A stretch of DNA of 64,000 nt, from contig SUYM01000009.1 of assembly GCA_015060455.1 (NCBI GenBank), forward strand, positions 23,414-87,413, read 5' to 3'. Positions 17,405 to 27,973 of this stretch are shown piece after piece. The first letter of the stretch is position 1; each line of letters begins with the position of its first letter. Both the position numbers and the translations under genes were made by a program. Under the pieces are notes generated by a model, which did no database searches, was not told the DNA's origin, and saw only the letters and a list, made by a program, of their open reading frames with translations. Origin of the DNA: Bacteroidales bacterium (GTDB taxonomy: Bacteria > Bacteroidota > Bacteroidia > Bacteroidales > UBA932).

Positions 17405-20400
17405 TTAAAATGAAACATTGAGTCCAAAGAGCATCGTACGAGGCTCAGGATAACTTCCCGGTGTCTGCTCCGGTCCATAACCTGTAACCTTCGTATATGT
17501 CCACACATTAGTAAATGTAGCATACAGGCGCAAAGACTGCATAGCGGCCTTACTTATCCACTTTTTAGGGAAATTATATCCAATCTGGATATTTCTAAGA
17601 CGGACAAATGAAGCATCCTGATAGCCTAATGAAGTGATATACGCCGGTGACTGCGTCATATTTGGAGCAGGGGCCTCGTTTGAAGGATTGTTTGTTGTCC
17701 AATAATTACGTCTCACTCCATTACGCTTTCCCGTCATATCTCCTCCCTGATTGAATTCCGTCAGGTATGAATTGTATCTCGTTCCACCCATTGAAACATA
17801 AAGGTTTGCAGAGATATCAAAGCCATAGAACTGTACCCCCGTTGCGAATGTACCGATCCAAGAAGGATCTCTATACATGATAACACGGTCAGTATCATCA
17901 ATCTTACCATCGCCATTCGCATCCTTGATCTTTATGGAACCCGGCTTTGCATCCGGCATGTGCGATGAGGCTATATCATCATCGAGTTGCCAGATACCAT
18001 CGAACTGATAGTCATAATACACATTCATAGGCTCACCTATGAACCACTTGTTGTTTATATCATTCTTCGGCTTGCCGTTCTCATCGAGTGTACCGTCAAT
18101 CTTTACAATCTCATTCTTGTTCTTTGCAAATGTCAGATCGACATTCCACTCGACCTGCTTTGTCTTGACCGGTATCAGATTGAGTGTCAACTCTACACCC
18201 TTGTTGTTAACACGTCCCATATTGACCAACTGACTGGTATAACCGGTCGATTCGCTAAGTGACTTATTTACAAGGAGGTCTGTAGTATCAGTATTGTAGA
18301 ACTCGATGCTTCCACCGATGCGTCCATAAAGAAATCCGAAATCAAGACCGATATTTGTCGAAGTCGATGTTTCCCATTTAAGATTCGGATTCGGCATGCT
18401 GGTATCCGGCAGGTATCCTACCATAGGATAGGTTCCAAACTCATACATATATTTATCTGCAAGTCCCAAAGTTGTATATGGACTGATACCCTGATTACCT
18501 ACCTGACCGATACTTGCTCTAAGTTTAAGGTTTGAAATCCATTCTACATTACGCATAAACCCTTCTTCGTTAATTCTCCATGCGAATGATGCAGATGGAA
18601 ACACTCCATACTTATTGCCGGTTCCAAAAACAGATGAGCCATCAATACGGACTGCCGCTGTCAGGAGATAGCGGTCTTTATAATTATACCTGACACGGGC
18701 AAGATATGAAAGCATCTTTCGTTCCGACAATTCATACGTAGGTACTCCGTGCTCTACGGCTGACCCGATTGCATTGAATGAAAGGTCATCATTGGAGAAA
18801 CCGGTAGCGCTGTTTGATACGGATTTCCATGTAATATAGTTGACACTCTGCATCAAGGTGGCGTCAAGACTATGACCTCCGACAAATTCTGTTGAATAGT
18901 TGAGAATATTCTCGAGCAGATAATCAAAATAAGCGCTTCGCGTAACGGTTGCCTTACCCTGAGTAGCCTGTCCTGTTGTATGATTGATTCCAAGATATGA
19001 ACCACTATCGACATTTCTTGATGACATGCTGGCATTCAGACGGTATGAAAGGCCTTTGATTATCTTCCAGTCACCGAAGAAATTTATAAGAAATCTATCC
19101 GTGGTCGTCCTGCTGTCGGAATTATTGATATTCCAGAGCGGATTGAAATGAGACTCACCGGCCTCAGTTACATCCTTACGCAAAGTAACTCCATCATCTT
19201 CATACACCTTTGCCAATGGTGGCATTGTAATAAAGGTGTTGAAAGAACCGTCTGCGCTCTGTTTCCATGAACGTGAATATGTGAGGTTAGCACCAAGGGA
19301 GATGGATTTACTGATCTTATGGTCAATGTTCAGACGTGTAGAGACCTTATCAAATCCAGAATTATGAACCATACCATCCTGGAAGTACGCGCCAAGTCCC
19401 AAGGCGAATTTTGTCTTGTCGTTTCCGGACTGGACATAGACATCATGCTTATGCTGGATTGCCTCCTTGATCATCAGTTTTTCCCAGTCAACCCAATCAT
19501 TATCGTAATAACTGTCAAGCATCAGCCCCTTGAAGCAGTCCAATTCATCATATGTTCCATAAGCATTATAATATGCTTCCTTGCGATAGGCTGCCCACTC
19601 GGCACCATTATAGAACTCAAAATTGCGGTTTATATCCTGGACTGCGACATATCCGCTATAAGAGACCTTGAGTTTGCCCTCCTGACCACGTTTTGTTGTA
19701 ATGAGGATGACTCCATTGGCTGCTCGTGCTCCATAAATGGACTGTGATGACGCATCCTTGAGGATTTCCATTGACTCGATATCATTTGAGTTAATATCGT
19801 CAATGCTGCTCATAGGCACTCCATCTACAATATAAAGCGGAGCATTGTCTCCTGAGAGCGAACGGCGTCCACGTATGAGAACTGACGACGTTCCTCCCGG
19901 CTCGGCACTTCCGAGAGACACGTGCACTCCGGCGGCCGCACCACGAAGCATTTCACCGACTGAAATTGTAGGAGTGGTATTGAGTTGTTCGCTTGTCACA
20001 GAGGCAATGGCTCCGGTCACATCACTGCGACGTTGAGTACCGTAACCCACGACAATGACCTTCTCGAGCATCTGGAAATCTTCCCTCAACGTAACCTCGA
20101 AGTGTCCTTTGTTGCCAATAGGAAAAATTTCGTCCTTGAATCCCGTAAATGAAAAAACGATGTTTTCATCATTTGGAGCGGACGGAAGAACAATAGTGAA
20201 TTTTCCGTCAAGGTCCGCTATCGCGCCGTAAGGTTTGTCTCCCATGAGCACAAGGGCAGAGGCTCCGATCAGCGGCTCACCTGCCGAGTCCTTGATGACA
20301 CCGGTTATCTCCACAGGACCGCCCGCCTTCTCCTGAAGAGTCCCGGCAGTCTTTGCCCGGACAATAATTACCTTGTTCTTCTCAAATTTACATTCGTACC

Positions 20401-20657
20401 CCGGAAGAATCTCCTGAATGACTTTGGAAACGGGTACATTATCAAGATGAACTGTCACCTTCCTGTTGACATCCACATCGGCATTGTTGTAAAAGAATCC
20501 ATAATCGGTATTCTTTTCAATGCTTTTCAGGACCTCCAAGACTGTAACATTCTCAAGATTGACAGTTACGTCTGCCCCCCTGCGCATGAAGTTCAAACGA
20601 ACTCAACACAGCAAACAGGCAAACCAACTGAAAAAAGATTGACTTTGTCTTTTGCAT
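17405..20657 (-). CDS. SusC/RagA TonB-dependent transducer (STN domain); signal peptide out of frame (+1 G in a G6 run at 20575-20580)
   Basis: Body ORF 17405..20596 has an STN domain, VVGYG, LKDASSQSIYGARAANGVILITTK and terminal F. ATG at 20657 encodes the signal MQKTKSIFFQLVCLFAVLSSFELHAQ, which joins the body if one G is removed. Confidence 0.9.
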
Positions 20658-20676
20658 GATATGGTTAGTTATAGTT

Positions 20677-21657
20677 TTATCTGTCAAAGGTTATTTTAAC
20701 ATTTCCTCTACTGTCAATTATATATGACACATCGGCTATCGTAGTCAACGCACGACATATCTCATCAATACTTTCCTGCCTTATGGTCATAGAAAGACGG
20801 ATTTCAGATGCCATCTTGATATCGTTACATGAAATATCCACACGATACCAATGTTTCAGGCACTCTATTATATCATTCAACGGCTTGTTTACAAATTCGA
20901 GTTTACCGTCAATCCATGCAGTATGGTCCGATGCGTTTTCTGCATAAGCCTCAAACCTGTCATCCTCAGGGTCATATATAACAGCCTGATCCGGAGCAAG
21001 TATCAGCGGTGAATGTTCAGGCGCCATTGCAAGAATACTTCCTTCTTCAAGATATGCCTCTATCGGACTGCCCTGATATGCAGAAACAGTAAATCGGGTA
21101 CCGAGGACCTTTATAGACATATCCCCCGCCTGTACGATAAAAGGGCGGCCGGCATCCTTGACCACGTCAAAATATCCTTCTCCCTCAAGTGTCACCTCGC
21201 GTTCATCTCCTTTAAGGTCGTCCACATAACGGAGCCTGCTTCCCTTGTTCAGCCATACGACAGAACCATCAGGCAGGACGAACTCACCTTTCGAGTCCAC
21301 CGAAGTTATAAGATATGTCGTGTCACTGCCGGCCGAATTATTCCAACCGATGAGAGAGACGATGGTCATGCACGCAGCCACCGAAGAGGCAATCCAAAGC
21401 AAAACTGTCTTTCTGCGTGATTTTCTATGGCTTTCTATATTCTGAATCTTCTCCGCCTCTTCAATGATTGAAAGCGGATCTTCCTGACCGGAAGTCTGAA
21501 TCAAGGGCATATTTTCCCACATATCGTTCAGCACAGCATCCTTCTCCTGACGACAATCATCTTCCGTAAGCCATTTATCAAATGTCATACGGACTTCCTC
21601 AGAAGCATCCTCCAACGTATAGGATTCTATGATTTCCTTTATGGTCTTGCTGTCCAT
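20677..21657 (-). CDS. fecR: FecR-family anti-sigma factor
   Basis: TM helix, LPDGSVVWLN, LEGEGYFDV, VLGTRF, AWIDGKLEF. Confidence 0.93.
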   Translation of the reverse strand: MDSKTIKEIIESYTLEDASEEVRMTFDKWLTEDDCRQEKDAVLNDMWENMPLIQTSGQEDPLSIIEEAEKIQNIESHRKSRRKTVLLWIASSVAACMTIVSLIGWNNSAGSDTTYLITSVDSKGEFVLPDGSVVWLNKGSRLRYVDDLKGDEREVTLEGEGYFDVVKDAGRPFIVQAGDMSIKVLGTRFTVSAYQGSPIEAYLEEGSILAMAPEHSPLILAPDQAVIYDPEDDRFEAYAENASDHTAWIDGKLEFVNKPLNDIIECLKHWYRVDISCNDIKMASEIRLSMTIRQESIDEICRALTTIADVSYIIDSRGNVKITFDR

Positions 21658-21723
21658 CTATATTCAAACGTTCATTTCATATATAATAGACGGTCAAGCC
21701 ACCTGTTACACACAAATAATTTA

Positions 21724-22266
21724 TCAGATTTTTGTCAATGCCAGCCTGAGATCGGCCAAGGCATTTGTGATATGGTTCTCCACAGTGCGGATATTCAGCC
21801 CCAGGATTTCTGCAATCTTTACGTTCGGGACACCTTTGTAACGACTTAACATAAAGATTCTGCGCCTCTGTTCCGGCATCCGGCTGACAGCCCGGGATAT
21901 AAGCAACTGCAATTCGTCAAGTGATACCTTTTCATCAACATAAGAGCACAGATCATCAGAAACGATCAATGATTCCGCAACAAAACGCCTTCTTATGACT
22001 TCACTCTCCAACCTGTCCATCACCGCATTGCGCGCCATCCTGAATAGGTATGAGGAAAAACAGTCCACCTTAGATATCAGATCACGCTTGAGCCACACAG
22101 TCACAAATATGTCATGTACAATATCCATGGAGGCATCAGCATCCTTCACCAGAGAAGAGACAAGGTGAATACATTTGCCGGCATACAGATTATATAGCAC
22201 AGCAAACGCCTTCCTGTCAGATTTTCCTAAGGCATACAAAAGCAATTTTTCCTCTGTCCGCGTCAT
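21724..22266 (-). CDS. ECF RNA polymerase sigma-70 factor
   Basis: AFAVLYNLY, DIVHDIFVTVW, SYLFRMARN, EIAEILGL..RTVENHI; precedes FecR/SusC. Confidence 0.93.
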   Translation of the reverse strand: MTRTEEKLLLYALGKSDRKAFAVLYNLYAGKCIHLVSSLVKDADASMDIVHDIFVTVWLKRDLISKVDCFSSYLFRMARNAVMDRLESEVIRRRFVAESLIVSDDLCSYVDEKVSLDELQLLISRAVSRMPEQRRRIFMLSRYKGVPNVKIAEILGLNIRTVENHITNALADLRLALTKI

Positions 22267-22964
22267 CTGATAGTCTTGAATGTCTCCATACCCCTGGTCG
22301 CAACCTCCTTGATGTGTGTGATGCGGCCGTCACGCACCGGAACATCGTTCGGATCTATTATATATATAGGTGTGTCGTGTCTGGCATATCTGTACAACCC
22401 CGCAGCCGGATAGACCTGGAGCGAGGTGCCGACGATAAGGAGGATATCAGCCTGCTCCACAGCATCGATTGCCGGATTTATCTTTGGGACCGCCTCTCCG
22501 AACCAGACGATATGGGGTCTGAGTTGCGCTCCGTTCGGTGCCTTGTCGCCGATGTGGATTTCGTCTGAACCGATGTCAAACACTGTTTCCTCGCTGTACC
22601 CGTCCGCATCATTGCAGCGGTTTTCCGGACGCACCTTCGTCAGTTCCCCGTGCAGATGGATTATACGGGTGCTGCCGGCTCTTTCGTGGAGATTATCCAC
22701 ATTCTGAGTGATGACCGTAACATCGTATTCTTCTTCAAGAGAGGCAATCGCCCTGTGAGCATCATTGGGCTTCACGTCCGCAAGTTGGGAGCGACGTGCA
22801 TTATAGAAATCGAGGACCAGTTGCGGATTGCGATACCAGCCTTCTATCGAAGCGACATCTTCGACCTTATAGTTCTCCCAGAGGCCGTTGCTGTCACGGA
22901 AGGTGCTTATGCCGCTCTCGGCGCTGACTCCGGCACCTGTCAATACTACAAGTTTCTTTTTCAT
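22263..22964 (-). CDS. cobB: NAD-dependent protein deacylase (sirtuin)
   Basis: LTGAGVSAESGISTFR, TQNVDNLHERAG, HLHGE, RPHIVWFGE, GTSLQVYPAA. Start placed at ATG 22964, an ATGA overlap with the upstream stop. Confidence 0.93.
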   Translation of the reverse strand: MKKKLVVLTGAGVSAESGISTFRDSNGLWENYKVEDVASIEGWYRNPQLVLDFYNARRSQLADVKPNDAHRAIASLEEEYDVTVITQNVDNLHERAGSTRIIHLHGELTKVRPENRCNDADGYSEETVFDIGSDEIHIGDKAPNGAQLRPHIVWFGEAVPKINPAIDAVEQADILLIVGTSLQVYPAAGLYRYARHDTPIYIIDPNDVPVRDGRITHIKEVATRGMETFKTIR

Positions 22965-24106
22965 CGCATCTGGAAATAATATTTGCCCACCCAATATTCA
23001 AACAGAGGATCAAGGATGACAGGCTCGTCCTTATCGTTGAACGTGAGGACTTCCTTCTTCTTCAACGCATCCTTGACTCTGCGCACGTTTGCCGACGAAT
23101 TCAGACGATACTTCTCGATCACATCTGTGGAACTGAATCTTGTCACTCCGTCAAGCGCGGCCCTCAGAAGACTGAGTTGATGGTCGGTCAAGTCATTGAC
23201 AATCGATATGAATCTCGGTTCATGAATCGATATGAGTGTCTTCAAGGCCTGCAACAGCACACCTTCATTGATATATCCCTTGGTAAGATTGTCACATATC
23301 GACGTGAAATGGTTCAGATACCACATCTGCCCGCGGAACAGTTCACATGCGCCCACGATCAGTTCCCTTTCGACAACCTTTCCGCCCATCATGAAGCCGC
23401 GGATTATATGTTCAGTGATCTCCGAGTCATCAACCTTCTGGAGCGGAAGATATTCAAACTGTCTGTAAAAGAATTTCCTTTCGGCAAAGATCAGTTTCAT
23501 GGCATTGACCTGGGAACCTGTAAAGATGAAGGAAACATTCGGATTCTTCTCGGCCAGCACCTTTTCCATCACTTTGAGGGCATCCTCATAATCCTTGTCG
23601 TGCATTATGTTCTGGAACTCTTCCAGAATGACAAAGAGCGGGACGTTCTTTTCCTCTGAAACCTTATATGGGAGTCTGAACATCTGCTCCACATCATTCA
23701 TATCCGGAGACCAGTTCATCGAAACCACCTCCTCACAGGCCACAAAACGGCTGTTGTCGAACACGAAATGTGTATCACGCAGACAGTCCCCCACGACACG
23801 GGCATATTCATCCGATGTCGAATAGACAGACCTTATCACCGATGTTCCATATTTCACGAGGAAATCTTCGAGGGCCCTGATATTCAACATATTGACATGA
23901 ATGACCATGAACTGTTTGCCCTTGGCCCTGAGATTGAACAGGGTCTGCTGTATCACCGACATCTTTCCGCTTTTCGGCGGTTCATACATGACGATATTCT
24001 CCCCTGCTTCAAGAAGATTCCCTAATATGGCACAATCATATTTTCTGCCGACAAATGCCTTACCGGTAACATATTTGTCATAAACAAACGGATTATCCAT
24101 AACCAA
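22961..24106 (-). CDS. Archaeal-type/AAA-like P-loop ATPase with a winged-helix tail (degenerate Walker motifs)
   Basis: NPFVY..YVTG..FVGR N-terminus, EPPKSGKMS (Walker A-like), ILEEFQNI (Walker B-like), FTGS, DPLFEYW. Confidence 0.8.
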   Translation of the reverse strand: MVMDNPFVYDKYVTGKAFVGRKYDCAILGNLLEAGENIVMYEPPKSGKMSVIQQTLFNLRAKGKQFMVIHVNMLNIRALEDFLVKYGTSVIRSVYSTSDEYARVVGDCLRDTHFVFDNSRFVACEEVVSMNWSPDMNDVEQMFRLPYKVSEEKNVPLFVILEEFQNIMHDKDYEDALKVMEKVLAEKNPNVSFIFTGSQVNAMKLIFAERKFFYRQFEYLPLQKVDDSEITEHIIRGFMMGGKVVERELIVGACELFRGQMWYLNHFTSICDNLTKGYINEGVLLQALKTLISIHEPRFISIVNDLTDHQLSLLRAALDGVTRFSSTDVIEKYRLNSSANVRRVKDALKKKEVLTFNDKDEPVILDPLFEYWVGKYYFQMR

Positions 24107-24137
24107 ACAGACTGTTTATATTTTGAATTTCACTCTA

Positions 24138-24145
24138 CAAATTTA
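24138..24145 (-). promoter_or_regulatory. Putative -7 promoter element (TAAATTTG) for ATPase-cobB-sigma
   Basis: TAnnTTTG consensus about 30 nt upstream of the start. Confidence 0.55.
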
Positions 24146-24249
24146 TAATAGTTATACCGTATATGCAACAAAAAAGTTATGAAAAAATTCATAATGGATA
24201 ATCACTCAATATATAACCCTGAAATTGGCATATGATTACTAATTTTTTG

Positions 24250-24257
24250 TAATTTTG
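24250..24257 (+). promoter_or_regulatory. Putative -7 promoter element (TAATTTTG) for the AsmA-family gene
   Basis: TAnnTTTG consensus 24 nt upstream of ATG 24282. Confidence 0.55.
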
Positions 24258-24281
24258 TGAGTTGTGCAAAAAACTTGAAAG

Positions 24282-27200
24282 ATGAATAAAGGCAGATTGT
24301 CCAAAACACTGAAAATTGTCGGCAAAACTTTTCTATGGATTGCGGGCATATGGCTTGCGTTGCTGATTGTTCTTGAAATAGCACTGTCCGGTCCGGTACT
24401 GACCAGGATAGTAAACAGATATACGGCAGAATACATTGACGGAGACCTTCAGTTCGGAAAAGTTTCCGCCTCCATGTTCAGGCGTTTTCCTGCTGTCGTG
24501 CTCACATTGGACGACTGCTCCCTCACATATCCGTCCGAACGGTTCGACAGCATAGGGAGGGTCGGTCCTCAGGGACACCTCATGTATGCCGGATGCGCAG
24601 AAACCGCCGACACACTCGCCTCTTTCAGAAAATTTTCAGTAGGGCTCAGCCTTCCGGCCCTTGTCACCGGCAGGATCAAGGTACCGTATATGAGACTCGA
24701 CAAGCCCCGCATCTTCGCCCACAGTTATGCTGACGGCAGCGCCAACTGGGACATCTTCATCACAGGCGGGGAGGAAACAGAAGAGGCCGATACGACAGAG
24801 TCCTCCGGGGGCATCCCAAAGATTGTGATAGGGAAAGTCATGATGACAGGGCGGCCTCACATCGTCTATACCGACAGCCGAGACACCATTTTCGCGGCGG
24901 TAGGTCTGCGCCGTATGGAACTGAACGGGCACATCAACTCACGACGCATTTCACGCAGCCGTATCGGACTGACCCTCGACAGCATGTTTGTGGCAGGAAG
25001 GATTTCACGGGACACCCTTGCACTCGGACTTGACAGGCTTTACATGCACGAAGACGGAAAGAAGGTCAAGATCGACCTCGACTCCAAGGCATTTGTCGCC
25101 ACCCGCAATTATGGAAGGATACGCGTGCCTATGAATCTTTCGGGCATCCTTTCGTTCCCGAAGGACTCCGTACCCGCCGCAAGGCTTGACAGTCTGAAAA
25201 TGGACATAGCACATATTCCTCTGACCGGTCAGGCAGATTTAAGATTCATGCAGGGCAGAACCGCTGTCAAGGCCGACGCCGGCATCGACAAGTGCAGCAT
25301 CGGACGACTTCTGCATGATTATGTCTCGCATATCATTCCTGAAGCCGGGAAAGTCAGCACGGACGCAGTCATAGACATGAAGGTCCATGCTGACGGATTC
25401 TATAACCACACGACAGGACAGTTGCCTCAGATGCTCGCGGAACTGACCATCCCTGACTCACATGTGTCATACGAGGATCTTCCGGGCGGAGACCTGACCA
25501 TCGGGGTCAGCGCGAAGGCGGAAGTAGATAGGCGCGGAGACCTCGGCATAAGCATCAGCAGAATGGCAGCAGGACTGTCCGGACTGGAACTCGCCGCTAC
25601 TGCCGGGGCGTCGGGCCTGCTGGGCAAAGACCCGGAAATAAGGATAGACGGAAACGTCCGCGCAGTGCTGGATTCGCTCAGATCGTTCATTCCTGACTCC
25701 TTAGGCATAGAGGCGGAAGGAAAGATTTCCGCGACAGTCAAAGGCTCGGCGAAGATGTCCCAACTTAACATATACAATTTCTCCACGTCCTCCCTCACTG
25801 GTGAAATCCTCGGAAACGGCATAAATGTAAATATGCCTAAGGATACAATAAGCGCAAATCTTGACGGGATACGGATTACGGTCGGACCTGACAAGCGGAT
25901 ATCAAGAAGGGACTCGACGCGAGTGATAAACCTCATGGGAATAACCGGAGAAATAGCCAGGGCCGACATTTCCTACAAGGAGGCCCTGTCTCTCAAAGCC
26001 GCCGGTTTTGCAGTGTCCGCAAAGAATATAGTAGATTCCGACGGACAGGTGGACACCACAAAGAAAATCCATCCGTTCAGAGGAACAGTCAAGGCTGGCA
26101 GTCTTTCCCTCAGGGATTCGGACGGCACGTCCCTCAGGCTGAGCGAGAGTTCGAACAGTTTCAACATCTTCCCGAAGAAGGGACAGCCGTCAACTCCTGT
26201 GCTCACGCTGACGAGCCGCAACAAAAGGATTTCATTCAGGTATGATGTAAACAGGGGTTCGATGAGCGATGCAAACCTAAGGGTGAGCGCATCCATGAAC
26301 ACCTTTGAAACAAGGCGCAGGATGTCAGCATTCGTGGATTCTCTCGCACGCATCTACCCATATATTCCAAAGGACTCGCTCGTAAGGCACCACATGGCCA
26401 TGACGCGGAAACGGATGCCGTCATACGCAATTCCGGAAGACGACTTCAAGGGCGAGAACATTGACATCAGTCTGGACAGAAGCCTTGCCAGATATTTCAG
26501 GGAGTGGGATCTTAAAGGAAACCTGAAAGTGGACGGAGGACGCATCATGACACCATATTTTCCTTTACGAAACACTTTGGAAGGCTTTGAGTTGAGTTTC
26601 AACAATGACAGAATAGGGATAGACACTCTGGGAATAAAGTCAGGCGGTTCCGACATTTCGGCATCCGGAGAACTTACCGGACTGAAGAAGGCGCTCTTAG
26701 GCAGAAGAGGCGCTCTGAAATTGGACCTTGACATAGTTTCGGAAAAGATGAATGCGAACGAACTGCTTGCCGCCTACACGAAAGGAGCATCATTCACCGG
26801 TTCCGGACAGAATCCGGAAGAGGATATGGATGACGACAAGTTCATGGAGGAAATTGCCATCGACTCTACATCCGTTCCGACTGAGAGCGCACTCATAGTG
26901 ATACCGGGCAATCTGAATGCAGACGTAAGACTGGCAGCAGAGAACATAGATTACTCCAATATGCACATAGACCTCATGACCGCAAATCTGAAAGTCAAGG
27001 ACAGATGCGTACGTATCACCGAAACACAGGCACTCACCAATATGGGAGCCATGGATCTGGAAGGGTTCTACGCGACACGCAGCAGAAAGGATATCAAGAC
27101 CGGTTTCAGCCTGAATTTCAATGATATAACAGCAGAAAAGGTCATAAGCCTGATGCCTGCTGTCGATACTCTGATGCCTCTGCTCAAATCATTCGGAGGC

Positions 27201-27881
27201 ATGCTGAACTGCGAACTTGCGGCCACGGCACAGATTGACACCAACATGAACATCCTGATGCCAAGCATAAACGGCATCATGCGCATAGGCGGTGAAGACC
27301 TTTACATCAAGAACAACGAGATGTTCAGGAAAATGGCAAAACTGCTGGTATTCAAGAACAAGAAGGAAGGTCACATAGACAAGATGACCGTCGAGGGAGT
27401 CATAAAGGACAGCAAGGTGGAGGTATTTCCGTTCATTGTCGAGATAGACAGGTATATGTTGGGACTGAGCGGAGTTCAGAATATGGACATGTCGTTCAGG
27501 TATCACGCCTCGCTGATCAAGTCCCCTTTCCTCATAAAGGTGGGCATGGACGTATATGGGCCTGACTTCGACAATATGAAGTTCAAGATAGGAAAGCCGA
27601 AATACAAGAGCAAGGACGTGCCTGTATTCTCTACGATAATAGACAATACCAAGATCAATCTTGTGGAATCGATAAGGAACGTGTTCGACAAGGGTGTGGA
27701 TGTCATCATCAGGGAAAATTCGGCGCATAAGGCCATCGAGGAGCACAAAAGGCGCATAGGATATGTGCAGGCTGTGGATCAGCAGATGGAGGAACTGTCT
27801 GCCGCCGAACAGAGACAGTTGGAGGAGGAACAGCAGGCGGAGGACACCACAGAGCGCTCCACAGGGCAATTACCGGACTAA
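24282..27881 (+). CDS. AsmA-family membrane-anchored protein
   Basis: N-terminal TM helix, FP.V.LTL, ANWDI, long beta-rich body, C-terminal VFPF..IDRY...G.Q..DMSF.YH. Confidence 0.8.
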   Translation: MNKGRLSKTLKIVGKTFLWIAGIWLALLIVLEIALSGPVLTRIVNRYTAEYIDGDLQFGKVSASMFRRFPAVVLTLDDCSLTYPSERFDSIGRVGPQGHLMYAGCAETADTLASFRKFSVGLSLPALVTGRIKVPYMRLDKPRIFAHSYADGSANWDIFITGGEETEEADTTESSGGIPKIVIGKVMMTGRPHIVYTDSRDTIFAAVGLRRMELNGHINSRRISRSRIGLTLDSMFVAGRISRDTLALGLDRLYMHEDGKKVKIDLDSKAFVATRNYGRIRVPMNLSGILSFPKDSVPAARLDSLKMDIAHIPLTGQADLRFMQGRTAVKADAGIDKCSIGRLLHDYVSHIIPEAGKVSTDAVIDMKVHADGFYNHTTGQLPQMLAELTIPDSHVSYEDLPGGDLTIGVSAKAEVDRRGDLGISISRMAAGLSGLELAATAGASGLLGKDPEIRIDGNVRAVLDSLRSFIPDSLGIEAEGKISATVKGSAKMSQLNIYNFSTSSLTGEILGNGINVNMPKDTISANLDGIRITVGPDKRISRRDSTRVINLMGITGEIARADISYKEALSLKAAGFAVSAKNIVDSDGQVDTTKKIHPFRGTVKAGSLSLRDSDGTSLRLSESSNSFNIFPKKGQPSTPVLTLTSRNKRISFRYDVNRGSMSDANLRVSASMNTFETRRRMSAFVDSLARIYPYIPKDSLVRHHMAMTRKRMPSYAIPEDDFKGENIDISLDRSLARYFREWDLKGNLKVDGGRIMTPYFPLRNTLEGFELSFNNDRIGIDTLGIKSGGSDISASGELTGLKKALLGRRGALKLDLDIVSEKMNANELLAAYTKGASFTGSGQNPEEDMDDDKFMEEIAIDSTSVPTESALIVIPGNLNADVRLAAENIDYSNMHIDLMTANLKVKDRCVRITETQALTNMGAMDLEGFYATRSRKDIKTGFSLNFNDITAEKVISLMPAVDTLMPLLKSFGGMLNCELAATAQIDTNMNILMPSINGIMRIGGEDLYIKNNEMFRKMAKLLVFKNKKEGHIDKMTVEGVIKDSKVEVFPFIVEIDRYMLGLSGVQNMDMSFRYHASLIKSPFLIKVGMDVYGPDFDNMKFKIGKPKYKSKDVPVFSTIIDNTKINLVESIRNVFDKGVDVIIRENSAHKAIEEHKRRIGYVQAVDQQMEELSAAEQRQLEEEQQAEDTTERSTGQLPD

Positions 27882-27890
27882 GCATACTTT

Positions 27891-27957
27891 TGTCATGTCG
27901 AGCAAAAGAGTGATGTTTAACTGTCATGTCGAGCGAGCGCAGCAAGTCGAGACATCT
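27891..27957 (+). repeat. TGTC-tagged REP-like palindrome (full copy 27922-27957, partial copy 27891-27903)
   Basis: tgtcatgtcgagcgagcgcagcaagtcgagacatct, 16 nt before the prmA ATG. Confidence 0.85.
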
Positions 27958-27973
27958 AATAAAAACACAATAT

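Noticed and set aside
22263-24106. Sir2 + ATPase anti-phage defence system
   Set aside because: The sirtuin has canonical housekeeping CobB motifs and length, not a SIR2_2 defence domain; no other defence genes are nearby.
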